From positions 81,462,840 through 81,526,839 of the forward strand of contig NC_057719.1 in NCBI RefSeq assembly GCF_004010195.1: a DNA stretch of 64,000 nucleotides, given 5' to 3'. Made by a program: the position numbers and the translations under genes. Positions within the stretch are counted from its first letter, which is position 1, and each line of letters opens with the position of its first letter. This document shows positions 49,428 to 62,099 of this stretch, piece after piece. Origin of the DNA: Chiloscyllium plagiosum (taxonomy: Eukaryota). The notes under the pieces are model-generated. The model saw only the letters and a program-made list of their open reading frames with translations, ran no database searches and had not been told where the DNA came from.

Positions 49428-51049
49428 CTTGTCTTGAACAACCCCTATAGCTAAGCCTCCTTGATTCTCTGGAGTAGAGAATTCTAAAGATTTATCACCC
49501 TTTGTGTGAAGAGGTTCCTCCTCAGCTCAGTCTTAGAGGGCTTGCCCTTTATTCTGACAATGTCCCTGTTTACAGATCCCCACTGCCAAGACAATTATGC
49601 TTTTCGTATGTACCCATTTTACATCCATCCTTTTAAAAATTTTCTAAGTTTCAACAAGGTTGCTTCCCTTTCTTCTAAACTCCAGAGAACGCTGACTGGG
49701 TTTCTTCAATATCTCCTTTCAGACAGACAATCTCACCATTCCAGCAATTTGTTTCTGCAGTTGCAGACAGAACCTGGGACAGGGTGTACAGTAGCCAAAG
49801 TCCAAGGCTCAAAGGGTCTGCTGTGCTCTGGTTGGACAGCTAGGCCAGGAGGAGTATGGGGATCCATCAATTTTTTTTCTTGGCCCCGATTACAGGTACT
49901 GCACCTCTGGCTTTGCCACATGACTAACTGATGGAGTAAAAGAAGATAAGCTCTGTGCAATTCCCTTGTTAAATTGGAGCAGGACTCCTCTAGGGTCTTT
50001 GACAAAGACTGGAGGCTGTCTGACAGGCCAGCGAACACACCCAGAATCTTGCCTTCCATCACCATTAGCATTATCCAACATATGACTGCAGTGCTCATCT
50101 GAGTCTCCTGTAGCTGACCTGGATTTTGTGCTCTGTTATTTACACCTGGTTTGGCTACATCTTACTCATGCCCGTTGACTTAACACATGTTGATCTTAAC
50201 TCAAACCTCCAAGGTACATGCAGGGTGAGTATGTGGTCGGCGTAATAGTCACATCAACTGGCAGGATCTCTTTACTATTTTTCTAGTCTAAACCTTTGCA
50301 TCCTTACACTGTTCGCATCATTTAGAAAGTCTCCTTTTCATTTTGCCAACTCATTTCACCTGTCAATTGTCTCTTCTCATTTACCTAGCTGGTTGGGCCA
50401 TCTCTGACAGTATCATCAGTAAACCTGGATAGACAGCTGTCTGTTCCATCATCTAAGTTATTAATACATAGCGTGCTTTTTTTTCACTGCTGAGGTTCCA
50501 GTTTAGATCTCTGGAGGACTAAGCTACAAAAAAAATTCATGGACTGAGTATGCTGCAGTGAGTGATTCACCATTGACAGCATGTCCAAAGAATGAATTTT
50601 TTTAAGCACTCCTACCAATTGTAATGCATGCAATGTAGTTTTTTATCGTCTTTGTGACTCATTCAAGTTTGAGAGATTGTAATCTAAAATTCTTTGTCCT
50701 TGTCAAATTATGAAAAACATTTATCAAGTTATTGCTCAAAATGAGATAGATAATTTAGTGAGACAATCCAGACAGTCATCAGCAAACAACCAGATAACAG
50801 GAGCTTGTGTCTAGACCAGTTTACTTGGCAAATATCACGACTAATATTTCCCATCTTTCGAAGAAAGATTGCTCATTATGTAACTATTCCAAGCCTGGGG
50901 ATTAATTCATTGCTCAGTTCATTCTACTGTTTAAAGAAATCTCTTTGCAAGTTTTCAGCTTCCAATTGAATGGAGTGTTTGTTCGAAAACCTGAGAAAGA
51001 TCACAATTTTGATCTTCCCACAGGGCTAATTGCATTACAGTCAATATGG

Positions 51050-51983
51050 GGATTCTCCCAATTCCTTCGTCTCCGCCGCATCTGCTCCCAGGAGGACCAG
51101 TTCAAAATACGCACAACACAGACGGCCTCCTTCTTCAAGGACCGCAATTTCCCCCCCGACGTGATCGACGATGCCCTCCACCGCATCTCCTCCACTTCCC
51201 GCTCCTCCGCCCTTGAGCCCCGCCCCTCCAACCGCCACCAGGACAGAACCCCACTGGCCCTCACCTACCACCCCACCAATCTCCATGTACAGCGCATCAT
51301 CCGCCGTCACTTCCGCCACCTCCAAACGGACCCCACCACCAAGGATATATTTCCCTCCCCTCCCCTATCAGCTTTCCGTAGAGACCACTCCCTCCGCGAC
51401 TCCCTTGTCAGATCCACACCCCCCACCGACCCAACCTCCACTCCCGGCACCTTCCCTTGCAACCGCAGGAGGTGCAACACTTGCGCCCACACCTCCCCCC
51501 TCACTTCTCTCCAAGGCCCCAAGGGAAACTTCCATATCCGCCACAGATTCACCTGCACCTCCACCCACATCATCTACTGCATCCGCTGCAGCCGGTGTGG
51601 CCTCCTCTATATTGGGGAGACAGGCCGCCTACTTGCGGAGCGATCCAGAGAGCACCTCTGGGCCACCCGGACGAACCAACCCAACCAACCTGTGGCACAG
51701 CATTTCAACTCCCCCTCCCACTCCACCGAGGATATGCAGGTCATTGGACTCATCCACCGCCAAACCACAACAACCCGACGGTCGGAGGGAACAGCACAGC
51801 AGGTCAGGCAGCATCTAGGGAACAGAAGATTCGACGTTTCGGGTCTCTGCTCATTCCTGAAGAAGGGCATGTGCCCGAAACGTCGAATCTCCTGTTCCTT
51901 GGATGCTGCCTGACCTGCTGTGCTGTTCCAGCAATAAAGTTTCAGCTTTGATCTCCAGCGTCTGCAGACCTCACTTTCTCCTC
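51050..51983 (+). mobile_element. Penelope-like element, 5'-truncated: RT C-terminus/linker plus GIY-YIG endonuclease, then inverted family A terminal fragments
   Basis: Open frame SQFLRLRRICS..CNRRRCNTC..IYCIRCSRCGLLYIGETGR.L.ER.REH; 17-bp TSD CATTACAGTCAATATGG (51033-51049 and 51984-52000). Confidence 0.92.
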
Positions 51984-53139
51984 CATTACAGTCAATATGG
52001 CTTTACTGCCAAATGTGTGAAGGAATCCTTCCTCCTATGGGAAGACATGTAGTCAATATCCATCCATAATTTGTAAATTTGTGTCATTCACACACCTCCC
52101 CCACATTTGTTAAACATGGCAACCAATTTACACACAGCAAGGTTGCTCAAACAGGAAAGAATCAGATTTGATGAAGTCAGTTTGAGGGATAAATATTTCA
52201 GGGCATCAGGAATTCTCCATGGCTCTACTTTGTTAGAGATTGAGACCTTTCATATCAAACTGAGAGCATTCCATGCAAGTAGCATCTCATGGAAGGTCAA
52301 AAGCATGAATGTGTCAGACCTCTCAAGGGCAAATCGATCAAGTCTATTGCACTCAATAAACAGAGGCCACTTTGCTGGCTCAGGATCATTTGCAGAATAG
52401 AAGACAGATGCATTCCTATTCAATATGGTGGGAGTGGCCAGAGACAGAGACCAGGATGTTTACATGAGTGACATGAAGGCTCTTCATGCCATGAATGACT
52501 GTTTTCACAATTGGAAAATACTAGGCAACACAGAAGAAAATGACGACATTAGTGTGTGCTACCATTATAATGAGTGGTTACAGGCACCAGAACCATAAAC
52601 AGCAATTCCCATTGATATTTGATAACCATCCTAAACCATCCTAAAAACCCACAGGTTGTGTCAGAACCTGTGTCTCACTAGTTGGCCCTTCAACCATCAG
52701 CAAACATATACCTTATTGTCAATGAGAGATGCTGCATGTCACATAGGTTGAAAGATGCTGCCCCTGATGACAGCAACTATTACAGAAGGCTCAGTTTAAC
52801 ATCCCTTCCAAACGACAGCATCTTAAACCTTGCAGCAGTCCTCCAGCATTGCACTGATATATTGACTTAGAAACACATCCTCAATTGCCAAAATTGGGTT
52901 TTAACCTGTACCGTAGCGAAAATAACTGATCTATTGTCAAAAATAGCAGCCAGAGGATAGACTCTGAGTACTGGGCAGAAGTCCAGCAGGATGAACACAA
53001 CCAAATAGAGTGACCACTAGTTAGGCAGTGGAATCCCTACCTGAGTCAGATGGGTTCAGTTTGGGCTGTGCTGTGGGGAATTCTGACCAGCAAAGACTAG
53101 AGCACCAGTTTGAATACTGGATTGAAAGGGGGTAGGCCT

Positions 53140-53630
53140 TTTGGCCTTCAAACCTGCTCCACTATTCAATGCGAGCATAGCTTCAACTCCACTTTCTAGC
53201 TTGCCCTGATGTCCTTTGACTGCCTTGTCAATCAAGAATTATCCACCTCTGTCTTAAACATATTCAATTACCTGCCTTCACCACTCTCTGGAGGAGATAG
53301 ATCCACAGACTCACAACCCTTGAAGGGGAAAAACAAATGCTTATTTACAATTTAAATGGAAGTCCCCTTATTTTTTTTAAACTGTGTCCCTTAGTTCCAA
53401 TCTCTCCCACAAGGGGAAATATCCTTTCAGTATCCATCCTGTCCAGTGCCTTAAGAATCTTATCTGTTTCAATAAGATTCTCATTCTCCAATGGATACAG
53501 AGACAACCTGTCCTACCTCTTCACAAAAGGCAAGCCCTTTATCCCAGGAATTAGTCACGTCTGCTTTCTCTGAACTGTGTCTAATGCAATTATGTCCTTT
53601 CTTCAATAAGGTCAGCAAAACTGTAAACAG
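53140..53630 (-). mobile_element. CR1 LINE 3' fragment, decayed
   Basis: Resembles the 54635-55200 CR1 3' region. Confidence 0.6.
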
Positions 53631-53829
53631 GATATGGTAAACCAAGGTATTGTCTGTCCTGTCAGGTGGATGTAAAATATCAGTGTTATTCCAACCAATA
53701 TTTATCCCACAACCAACACCACTAAAGCAGCTTATCAGGTTGTTAATTTATTGCTGCCAAAGGGACAGCTTCCAGTACCCAGGATCTGGGCCTGGATGTG
53801 ATACTTGGATTTGATTATCTTCATTTGGA

Positions 53830-55700
53830 TGAATACTGTCTCACAGACGTGTGTGATTTTCTGTTTACAAGGTCCCTCAAATCACTGTTCTTTGATTTGA
53901 CTTTCAGCTCAATGTCATTTTGTATAATGATTATCTGCATATAAGCTCCACTGTTTTCTAAATCAAAAAGCTGATGGCATTTGGTAGCAAACTCATCAAT
54001 GTTCACTTGAAGGAATGGACTTGAGACAAAGGTAATGACTTATTCCATCACATCAAATTCCTGAAATGGCCTCTTGAATTCCTCTGCTAACCTTCTCCTC
54101 AGGTGTAGGTGGAACCAATTTACTTGGTCTTTGATTTTTTTCTAGTGTTTTTGCTGAATACAGGAAGTATTAGAGCATTTTTTTTTTAAATTGGGTAGAC
54201 CACAGTCCAGTTTCAACTTTAATGCATTCACAGCACTGATCATATGTGCTGAGTCTCTGTCCTTTCTCTACAGTTCTCAGTTCGGCTTGTTCAGTTTTGA
54301 TGTTATGTCTGTAACAAACCTTAAAACCAGTGACCACATGACAGCTCACTGCACACTTCATTCCTGATTTTAAAAAAGGTGACAATTTCTGGCATCAGAT
54401 CCAAATATCTTTGTAGGACCTTCTCTCAACATAACCACCTCACATCATTGTGGAAGAGGAGTTTACATAGACAACACTGAGTTTTTCAAGTAAGTGGTGC
54501 GAGGGGCTCTTGCTCGAATTGAGTTTACAATCATCACAACAACTTGCATCACAAGGGAAAAGTGCATAACTTTACTCACGAATGCTTGTTGGTGGATTAT
54601 ACAGTGATAATTGATAAAAGGGGGGAAATCAAGATCATAAGACATAGGACTGGAAGTAAGGCCACTCGGCCCATCGAGTCCACTCCGCCATTTAATCATG
54701 GGTGATGGGCATTTCAATTCCACTTACCCGCACTCTCCCCGGAGCCCTTAATTCCTTACGAAATCAAGAATTTATCAATCTCTGCCTTGAAGACACTCAA
54801 CATCCCAGCCTCCACTGCACTCCGCGGCAATGAATTCCACAGTCCCACCACTCTCTGGCTGAAGAAATGTCTTCACATTTCCATTCTAAATTGGTCCCCT
54901 CTAATTCTAAGGCTGTGTTCATGAGTCCTAGTCTCCCTGCTTAACGGAAACAACTTCCCAGTATCCGCCCTTTCTAAGTCATGCGTTATCTTATAAGTTT
55001 CTGTTAGATCTCCCCTCAAACTTCTAAACTCTAATGAATACAATCCCAGGATCCTCAGCCGATCACCACATGTTCGGCCTCCCATTCCAGGGATCATCTG
55101 TGTGAATCTCGGCTGGACACGTTCCAGTCCCAGTATATCCTTCCTGAGGTGTGTGGCGCAATCTTGGACACAGTATTCTAAATGGGGCCTAACTAGAGCT
55201 TTATAAAGTCTCAAAGCACGCCGCTGCTTTTATATTCCAACCCTCGAGATAAATGACAACATTACATTTGCTTCCTTAACCTTCTCCATTTAGAGAATCC
55301 TGGACATGCACTCCCAGATCCCTTTGTACTTTGGTTTTATGAATTTTCTAACCGTTTAAAAAATTAGTCCATGCCTGTATTCTTTCTTCCAAAGTGCAAG
55401 ACCTCGCATTTGTTCACGTTGAATTTCATCAACCATTTCCAGGGCCACTCTCCTAAACTGTCTAATCAAGACCATTTATGGAAAATGTAACAAAGCCTAC
55501 AATTAGAGCAAGCATAGCTGATTCACTATCCGTTATGATGGAAACCACCTTCTCAGTCAGAACTGTTTTCTCAAGTACATTCCTTTTGATTTGTTATGAC
55601 CATAAAAGTTACTTTAGTCTGCAGTGGTAGTCCATCTGTACCAAACTCAAACACAATGCAACAAGCCTATCAAAAGCAATCACTTTTCTCTAGCCATGCG
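53830..55700 (-). pseudogene. hAT (SPIN/Buster/Charlie-like) transposase relic, interrupted by a CR1
   Basis: SIITDSESAML..GFV (about 55480-55550), YHCIIHQQ CxxH motif with VVMIVNSIRARA (54500-54630), and IQNDIELK further downstream. Confidence 0.7.
54635..55463 (-). mobile_element. CR1 LINE 3' end inserted in the hAT relic
   Basis: LYKALVRPHLEYCVQ..LERVQ..RGDLTETYKI; 8-bp duplication AATCAAGA at 54627-54634 and 55464-55471. Confidence 0.9.
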
Positions 55701-55747
55701 GCTTCTGGAAGTGGGACTCCTGCAATCCTATGATTATCAACAAGCAG

Positions 55748-56135
55748 GTCATAAAGTCATAGGGATGTACAGCATGGAAACAGATCTTTTGGTCCAATTC
55801 ATCTGTGCCAACCAGATATTCTACTTAAATGGGTCCCATTTTCTAGCATTTGACCCATGTCCCCCTAAACCTTCCTATTCATAATATCTTTTACATGTTG
55901 TAATTGTAACAGCTTCCACCACCTCCTCTGACAGTTCATTCCATTAAAACACCACCCTATGCATGAAAATGTTGCCACTTTAGGTCCCTGTTAAGTATTT
56001 CCCCTCTCACCCTAAACCTAATGCTTCCAGTTTTAGTCCCTCTAGATAGGGAGTCCCTTATCCATGCCCCTCATGATTTTATAAACCTCTGTCGTCACCG
56101 CTCAGCCTCCAACGCTCCAAGAAAAATAGCCATTG
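55748..56135 (-). mobile_element. CR1 LINE 3' fragment, decayed
   Basis: Reverse complement resembles 27600-27950. Confidence 0.6.
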
Positions 56136-56669
56136 CTGTCCACGAGGGAATGTACACGGGGGCTGAGATCAACTGTCAGAGATTCTGATCAACCAGTTGA
56201 TCACACTCAAAATGTTGGAAACCACAGATCCAGAAGGACAAGAAAATCAAAAGCAGCAGAACACAGCCAAGTTCCTTTCTAAGCCAAATAACACCCTGCT
56301 CTGGATGATGTTCCTTCATCAGCACTGAGTGAAAATCCTGAAGCTCCCTTCCTAACAGTGCTGCTTTGATGTTACTGTCCATAAGGAAGCTGAAGTCAAG
56401 CAATTATGCATTGTGTCCACAAGGACTGCAGTAGGACTGGAAAGTAGCTCATCACCACCTTCTCAAATATTATAAAGACTGGGCATTAAATATTAAATTA
56501 AATAGCAATGCCTACAATCTGAGCTGTGTTCTGAAAATCAATAATGAGAGTATACCAATTATTGTACTTCTTTTGGACTGGATGTAAATATGCATATACC
56601 TGTATGTATACGCACAAAAACATTTCAACAAATTGACCTTCCTCAAAACTAACAGACTTCTTTTGAAAG

Positions 56670-56890
56670 GGTAAGTGAGTGAGTGACTGTGTGTGAGAAA
56701 CTGAATGAGTGTGTGTGTGAGAGAGAGACTGTAAGAGTGAGTAACTGAGTGTGTGTCTGTGTGTCTGGGAGTGTGAGTGTGTGTGTAACTGAATGTGACT
56801 GTAAGTGTGATTGAATGGGAGCAAGTGACCGAGTGAAAATGTGTGTGTGCGTGATTGAATGTGAGTGAGTGTGCGAGTATGCGAGTCAGT
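56670..56890. repeat. Degenerate (TG/TGAG)n simple repeat upstream of the ITPKA-like exon
   Basis: GTGAGT/GTGT-rich tract; a (GA)n run also lies at 57004-57023. Confidence 0.85.
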
Positions 56891-57055
56891 GCCTGAGTCA
56901 GCAGCTGGCTTCCCTACCCTGTTCTCAGTGCAAGATGCTAGATGCTGACATCGGAACTTCCGCATCTGTCAGCAGTTGCAGTCCTGGGATCTTGCAGCAG
57001 ACAGAGAGAGAGAGAGAGAGAGAAAGAATCGGGAGGGCTGCAAATCAGGAGCTCC

Positions 57056-57511
57056 ATGCAGAGTTGCCTGGGTCTGTGGAAGTACTGCAGGTCACCCGAT
57101 GCGAAGGATCGCACCATGTTTCACCGCCAGTCGTGCTCGGTGAGCGAGCCGAGGAGCTCCCCGGGGCAGCCTGCAGACGCTTTCAGCGTGTTGGAGCTGA
57201 GCCCCGCCAGCGGCACCGCTGCAGGCCAGCAGGAGGAGAGTCCGCTCTGCAGGCTGACGGTGGACAGCCTGCCGTTCCAGCCGCAGCTTCACCTGCTCCC
57301 GAGTGTCCCGCAGCTCACCGTCACCTCGGAGGAGGGTACCACCCAGGACAGCCTGGAGCCGGACCCGAACGTCAAAGTGTGCCGCAAACTCTCCAGCTCG
57401 TCCCTCTCGTCCACCGGTTCCTCTCTCTTCGAGGAATCCGAAGACGACCTCCTCGCCGACAACGACCACCAGCACTTCAGAGGAGCTGAGGAGCAGGAGG
57501 ACGCCACTCAG
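57056..57511 (+). CDS. ITPKA: Inositol-trisphosphate 3-kinase, first coding exon, most like ITPKA (an in-frame upstream ATG also exists at 56942)
   Basis: VPQLTVTSEE and RKLSSSSLSSTGSSLFEESEDDLL match ITPKA N-terminal motifs as I recall them (IPQLTVTAEE, RRLSTSSVSSTGSSSLLEDSEDDLL). CpG-rich. Donor CAG|GTAAGT, phase 0. Confidence 0.82.
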
Positions 57512-58399
57512 GTAAGTGCTGGCTTCTCCCCCCTCCTCCTCCTCCCGGGGAAGTCTAGGCAAAAGACCCTTTCCACTTCCTGTCCAGCTCCCCCTCCAAT
57601 TGGCTGGCACCTGCTCACTTGAAGCAACAGGACCTCCAGTAAAATTAAACAAGAACTTGGGAGGTGGTGAGGACCAGGGGAGTGAAGGCAAGTGGACAGG
57701 TCGGATTTGTTGTCCCAGAGAATAGAACACCATCGAGCGAGTGGGAGAGATTTCAAAATCATTCAGGGTTTGGAACAGCAGTCTGGGGAGAACTCTGGTT
57801 GAAGCAGTAGTAACCAGGAGATTTGAGGTTTGACATAATTTTCAAAAACAAACTCCAGGGTGTCTTTTGTCTATATGGAAGGAGTTGTCACAATCAGGAA
57901 GGTAGCGCCTGAAAGAATGCAGGTGCAGTCATAACTTCCCAAAAGGACTTGGATAAATACTTGAAAAGGATGCATACATTCGCTGGGCTTTGGAAAGGAG
58001 CCGAACTGTGGGAATGTGTGGTAGAATGGACATCTGCACAGTTTGGTTCTTCCTATACTCTATAGTTTGATTTTGGAGATTTGAAAACAAAATAAAATAT
58101 CACAGCGTCAGGCAATTGGGAGCTGAAGGTTTAGCCCATTCATGTTCCACCACAGATGCTGTCTGACTTGCTGAATATTTTCAGACGTTTCAGATTTTGT
58201 TCAGTAGCACCACAGCAATCAGCGACCTTGAGTTTATTATCCACACACATACTGTGAGAAGCACTTTTGCCTTGTCAGGTGCAGAGTGAACTAAATTAAG
58301 AGAATTTGTTCCCAAAGCCTGGAGGAGTAGGTGTGAGTAACTTCTGTAATGTGGTTTTAGAGACAGATAAAATTTCTGATTACTGCAATTGGAGGCACA

Positions 58400-58765
58400 C
58401 TTAAGCTCACAAGCACAGGCATACAGGCCAGTGCACACACAGGCAAACAGACACACACAAAAATGTAAGGATTCATGCAGACAACCATCCGCATTGACTC
58501 ACACACTTATGTATGTATACACAAAGACAACACAAATATAAACAACACATAGACCTACATGAGAAGTTACATGTCCAGATAAACACAGAAACACGCATAC
58601 TCTCAAGTACCCACACATGGATACAGAGACATATGCAAATAAACAGAGCTGTACAGGCATCCGTGAGCACACATAAACAAATACACAACTTCACATATAG
58701 CTCCACACACAAATACATGCACGTACAAACACAGACATGCACTCACAACCATTCAAGCACAGACT
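58400..58765. repeat. Degenerate CA-rich low-complexity tract
   Basis: ACAC/ACAT-rich sequence. Confidence 0.8.
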
Positions 58766-59951
58766 GTAGGAAGATGTAGAACATAATGATAATCGATACT
58801 TTAAAATGAGACACAATGAGCTGGCAGCGATGCTTTATTCTATTATGAAATGTTATAGCTGACTAATTCTTTGGAAGACATCTGGATTAAACACCTGGGG
58901 AAAATCTCACTGTTTGATTTTATTCTCTTCCTCATTGAAGGCAGTGGTTAATGCTGCACTGCAGCTCCACGCACAGCAGTCCTATCTTTTCCCAGCAGTT
59001 CTTCTGCGTGTACCTGGCTATTCCACCCTGTTGGGCAACATAGCATTCCCTCACCTTGGGGATATGGGTTTCTCTTTCTCTTCCATTATTGGGAGGAGAG
59101 GGAGAACCCTTTAGCATTGGTCATGATATGAGATTAACAGCTGGTCAGAAAGTTACTTTTTAAGAATATGAATGTGTCACGGTTCAGTTTGAGTGTTTTT
59201 TTGACATATTCTCAAATCATGTTGATATAGCTGTTGTCATCAAGTACGCTTGAGTGCAAAAGGAGAGCATTCCGTTCTAATCAAAATGGTGACAGTGCTG
59301 ATGACTCTAATGGCCATCCTTATTCTTCTTACGAATCTGTTGACCTGGTTCAGAAAGCATTGAAATACTTAATGCCTCACAAAGCTTTGTACAACCTAGA
59401 TTTTATTAAGCATCTTTAATACAGTAAAACGTTCCAAAGCACTCCCAAACATGATTTGACATCAAGTCAATGAGATATTTGTAGAAAATGTTCAGCAAGT
59501 GTATGAGTAAAAGTGAGCAAAAACTGAGTTGGGATAGATTTAAGGAGTCTTAAAGGAGAGAGAGAGAGACAGAGAGGTTTAGAGCTGACAGGGATAGCAC
59601 CTGAAGGCATAGGTGAAGAGAGCTTAAGTGGCCAGAATTAGAGGAATGCAGATATCTGAGGGTTATGGGGTTGGATTAGATTACCAGATATATAGAAGGG
59701 TGAGGTCATGGAAGAATTTGCAAACAAGGTGGAGAGTATTAACATTGAGCCATAGCTAGACTGGGAGCCAGTGTGGATTGATGGGTGAATGGGAATTGCA
59801 GTGAGTTAGCAGTAGGCCGCAGGGCTTTAGGTGAAGAAAGAGTTGAAGTGCTTAAGAAGACATTGGAATATTGAATAAAGCCTTGGGAAGGCAAGATATG
59901 TTTGCTGATCCTGGCAGCAATTTCTTGCAAGCTGATCAAATTATCAATTTG

Positions 59952-60300
59952 TAGGTGGCATGGAGCTCTGTGGTTAGCACTGCTCCCTCACAGTGCCAGG
60001 AACCCAGGTTCGATTCCAGCTTTGGGTGTCTGTGTGGAGTTTGCACTTGCTCCCCATGCCTACATAGGTTTCCACCAGATGCTCTGGTTTCCTCCCACAG
60101 GTTAGGTGGATTGGCCATGCTAAATTGTCAGTAGTGTCCAAGGATGTGCAGCCTAGTTGGGTTAGTCATGGTAAATGCTGGGTTATGGGGATAGGGTGAG
60201 GGGCTGTGTGTAAGTGGGACGCTGTATGTAGGTTCAAAGGGTTGGTGCAGTCTTGATAAGCAGGATGGCCTCTTTCTGTACAGGGAATGCTATTATGCTA
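59952..60300 (+). mobile_element. HE1-type V-SINE, diverged
   Basis: GTGGTTAGCACTGCT, GGTTCGATTCC, TGTGTGGAGTTTGCAC; parallels 17508-17820. Confidence 0.8.
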
Positions 60301-61249
60301 TGGATTTTTTGTTTTTAATATCTTGCATAATATTTTTGTGAAACTGATACATTCTTTAGCATGCACTGTGTGATGTATTACCTCTCTTTAAATATAATTA
60401 TGGATCAAGATCATGACTGGGATCTGATTCCCTCAGTGCTTGTCATGATGCTGACCTGGGAGATCTTCCTGGAGAGGGCCAATTAAGAGCTTGCTTCTGG
60501 ATTTACGATCTAGGCCAGGATGGTAGATAGATTCCTGAGGCTGCAAGTTCAACTGGAGAGCCTGTAGTGATTCAAACCAACCTGTACATACATCTGGGGA
60601 AAGGTGGAGTTGAACCTGGAACTTTTGGCCCAGAAGTAGAGACCCTAACAGTGCGGCACATGAGTCCAATTTTGAGGGCTTGTACCCTTGGAAGTTTGGC
60701 TGCCCCATTTCAAAAAGTAGAGACTGCTGCTGCAAGAAAGGACACTGTGAAGCTGCCACCATCTTGAGACACCTTCTGAAATGCTTTGAATCTTATATAA
60801 AAAAACTGTCTCCACAATTAACCTCCTTCTCCCCAACACCACTCCCCACCATCAAACTGCGCTCCCATCGGTCAAAGCTCCTTCAGTCTGAGGGGTGAAG
60901 AGAAACATAAGGCCTCATGAGACATTCCCCACCTACCCCTGACCAGCCACAGTAACCCATCTCTTGGTATCCGTCAGGCTTGGTCCTCAGTCAGAGGCTC
61001 ATCAGGCACCAGAAGACTCCAGTCATTGGCCAATCAACTCAAGTCATTGGGCAGGGAATTATTCAGATTGGCTACCCTTCTGAAAGTCAGATGAATATAT
61101 TCTGCTCGTTATAATCTGCCTCTGGGACAATTGCCCAGCCAGTGGAACCTGTCAGCACACTGATCCAACATTGTTATACCTCAATTTCCTCTTGTGTTGA
61201 ATAGGATCTACCCAGTTCCTTTGTGGGGCACTGGGTAGATCCTATTCAG

Positions 61250-61345
61250 TGCTGAAAATGTGTTGCTGGAAAAGCGCAGCAGGTCAGGCAGCATCCAAGG
61301 AACAGGAGAAACGATGTTTCGGGCATAAGCCCTTCTTCAGAAATC
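61250..61345 (+). mobile_element. Short Penelope-like family A insertion
   Basis: Family motif; flanking TCCTATTCAGTG duplication. Confidence 0.72.
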
Positions 61346-61506
61346 TATCCTATTCAGTGACAATGTAGTAAATTTAGTGAAAGCCTATTTGAATATTTCT
61401 ATAGCTTGATACAATATGCTTTAAAAAAATTGGATTTGACCATAATCCTATTTGTTGAGGAGTTGTATTTGCTGTTCACTTTACTCCAGTGAATGGACTC
61501 ACAGCT

Positions 61507-61715
61507 CAGGAGAAAGTGAGGACTGCAGATGCTGGAGATCAGAGCTGAAAATGTGTTGCTGGAAAAGCGCAGCAGGTCAAGCAGCATCCAGGGAACAGGA
61601 GAATCGACGTTTCGGGCATGAGCCCTTCTTCAGGAAGGGCTGAAGAAGGGCTCATGCCCGAAACGTCGATTCTCCTGCTGCTTGGATGCTGCCTGACCTG
61701 CTGTGCTTTTCCAGC
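61507..61715. mobile_element. Penelope-like family A head-to-head inverted fragment with hammerhead core
   Basis: CTGAAGA-AGGGC-TCAT-GCCC-GAAAC at 61640-61664; flanking ACTCACAGCT duplication. Confidence 0.78.
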
Positions 61716-62099
61716 ACTCACAGCTTACTTTGACCCTGTCTGCACTTTCATTTGGGCATAAAAGAGCCCCGGAGCTAGTCTGAATGAAAGCAGGAGATTT
61801 GCCTCTGCCCTCCTGCCCAAGATTTATCCTTTGACCAATATCAGTACAAACCTATATTGGGCCATTGTTATATCTCATTGCTCTTTTGTGGAGATCTGTT
61901 GTATTAATTGGCTGTCACATTTCCCATTTAACAACAATGACTACGCTGAAGGAAAGAATCATAGAATCCTTACAGTGTGGAAGCAGGCCATTCAATCCAT
62001 CGAATCAAAAGCATCAAGCCTGAGGATGATACATATAATTGTACAAAGGTGAGTGGCAGATCAGATATTTGGGCTATGAAGAATGGCAGAGAATGACAA

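Noticed and set aside
50945..51049. N-terminal part of the 322-aa ORF as a host-Penelope fusion gene
   Set aside because: TTG start in flanking DNA upstream of the TSD; chance open frame.
56498..57733. Overlapping ORFs in other frames and strands around the ITPKA-like exon
   Set aside because: Explained by simple repeats and GC-rich shadow frames.
58473..58779. Cys/His-rich ORFs
   Set aside because: Translations of a CA/TG low-complexity tract.
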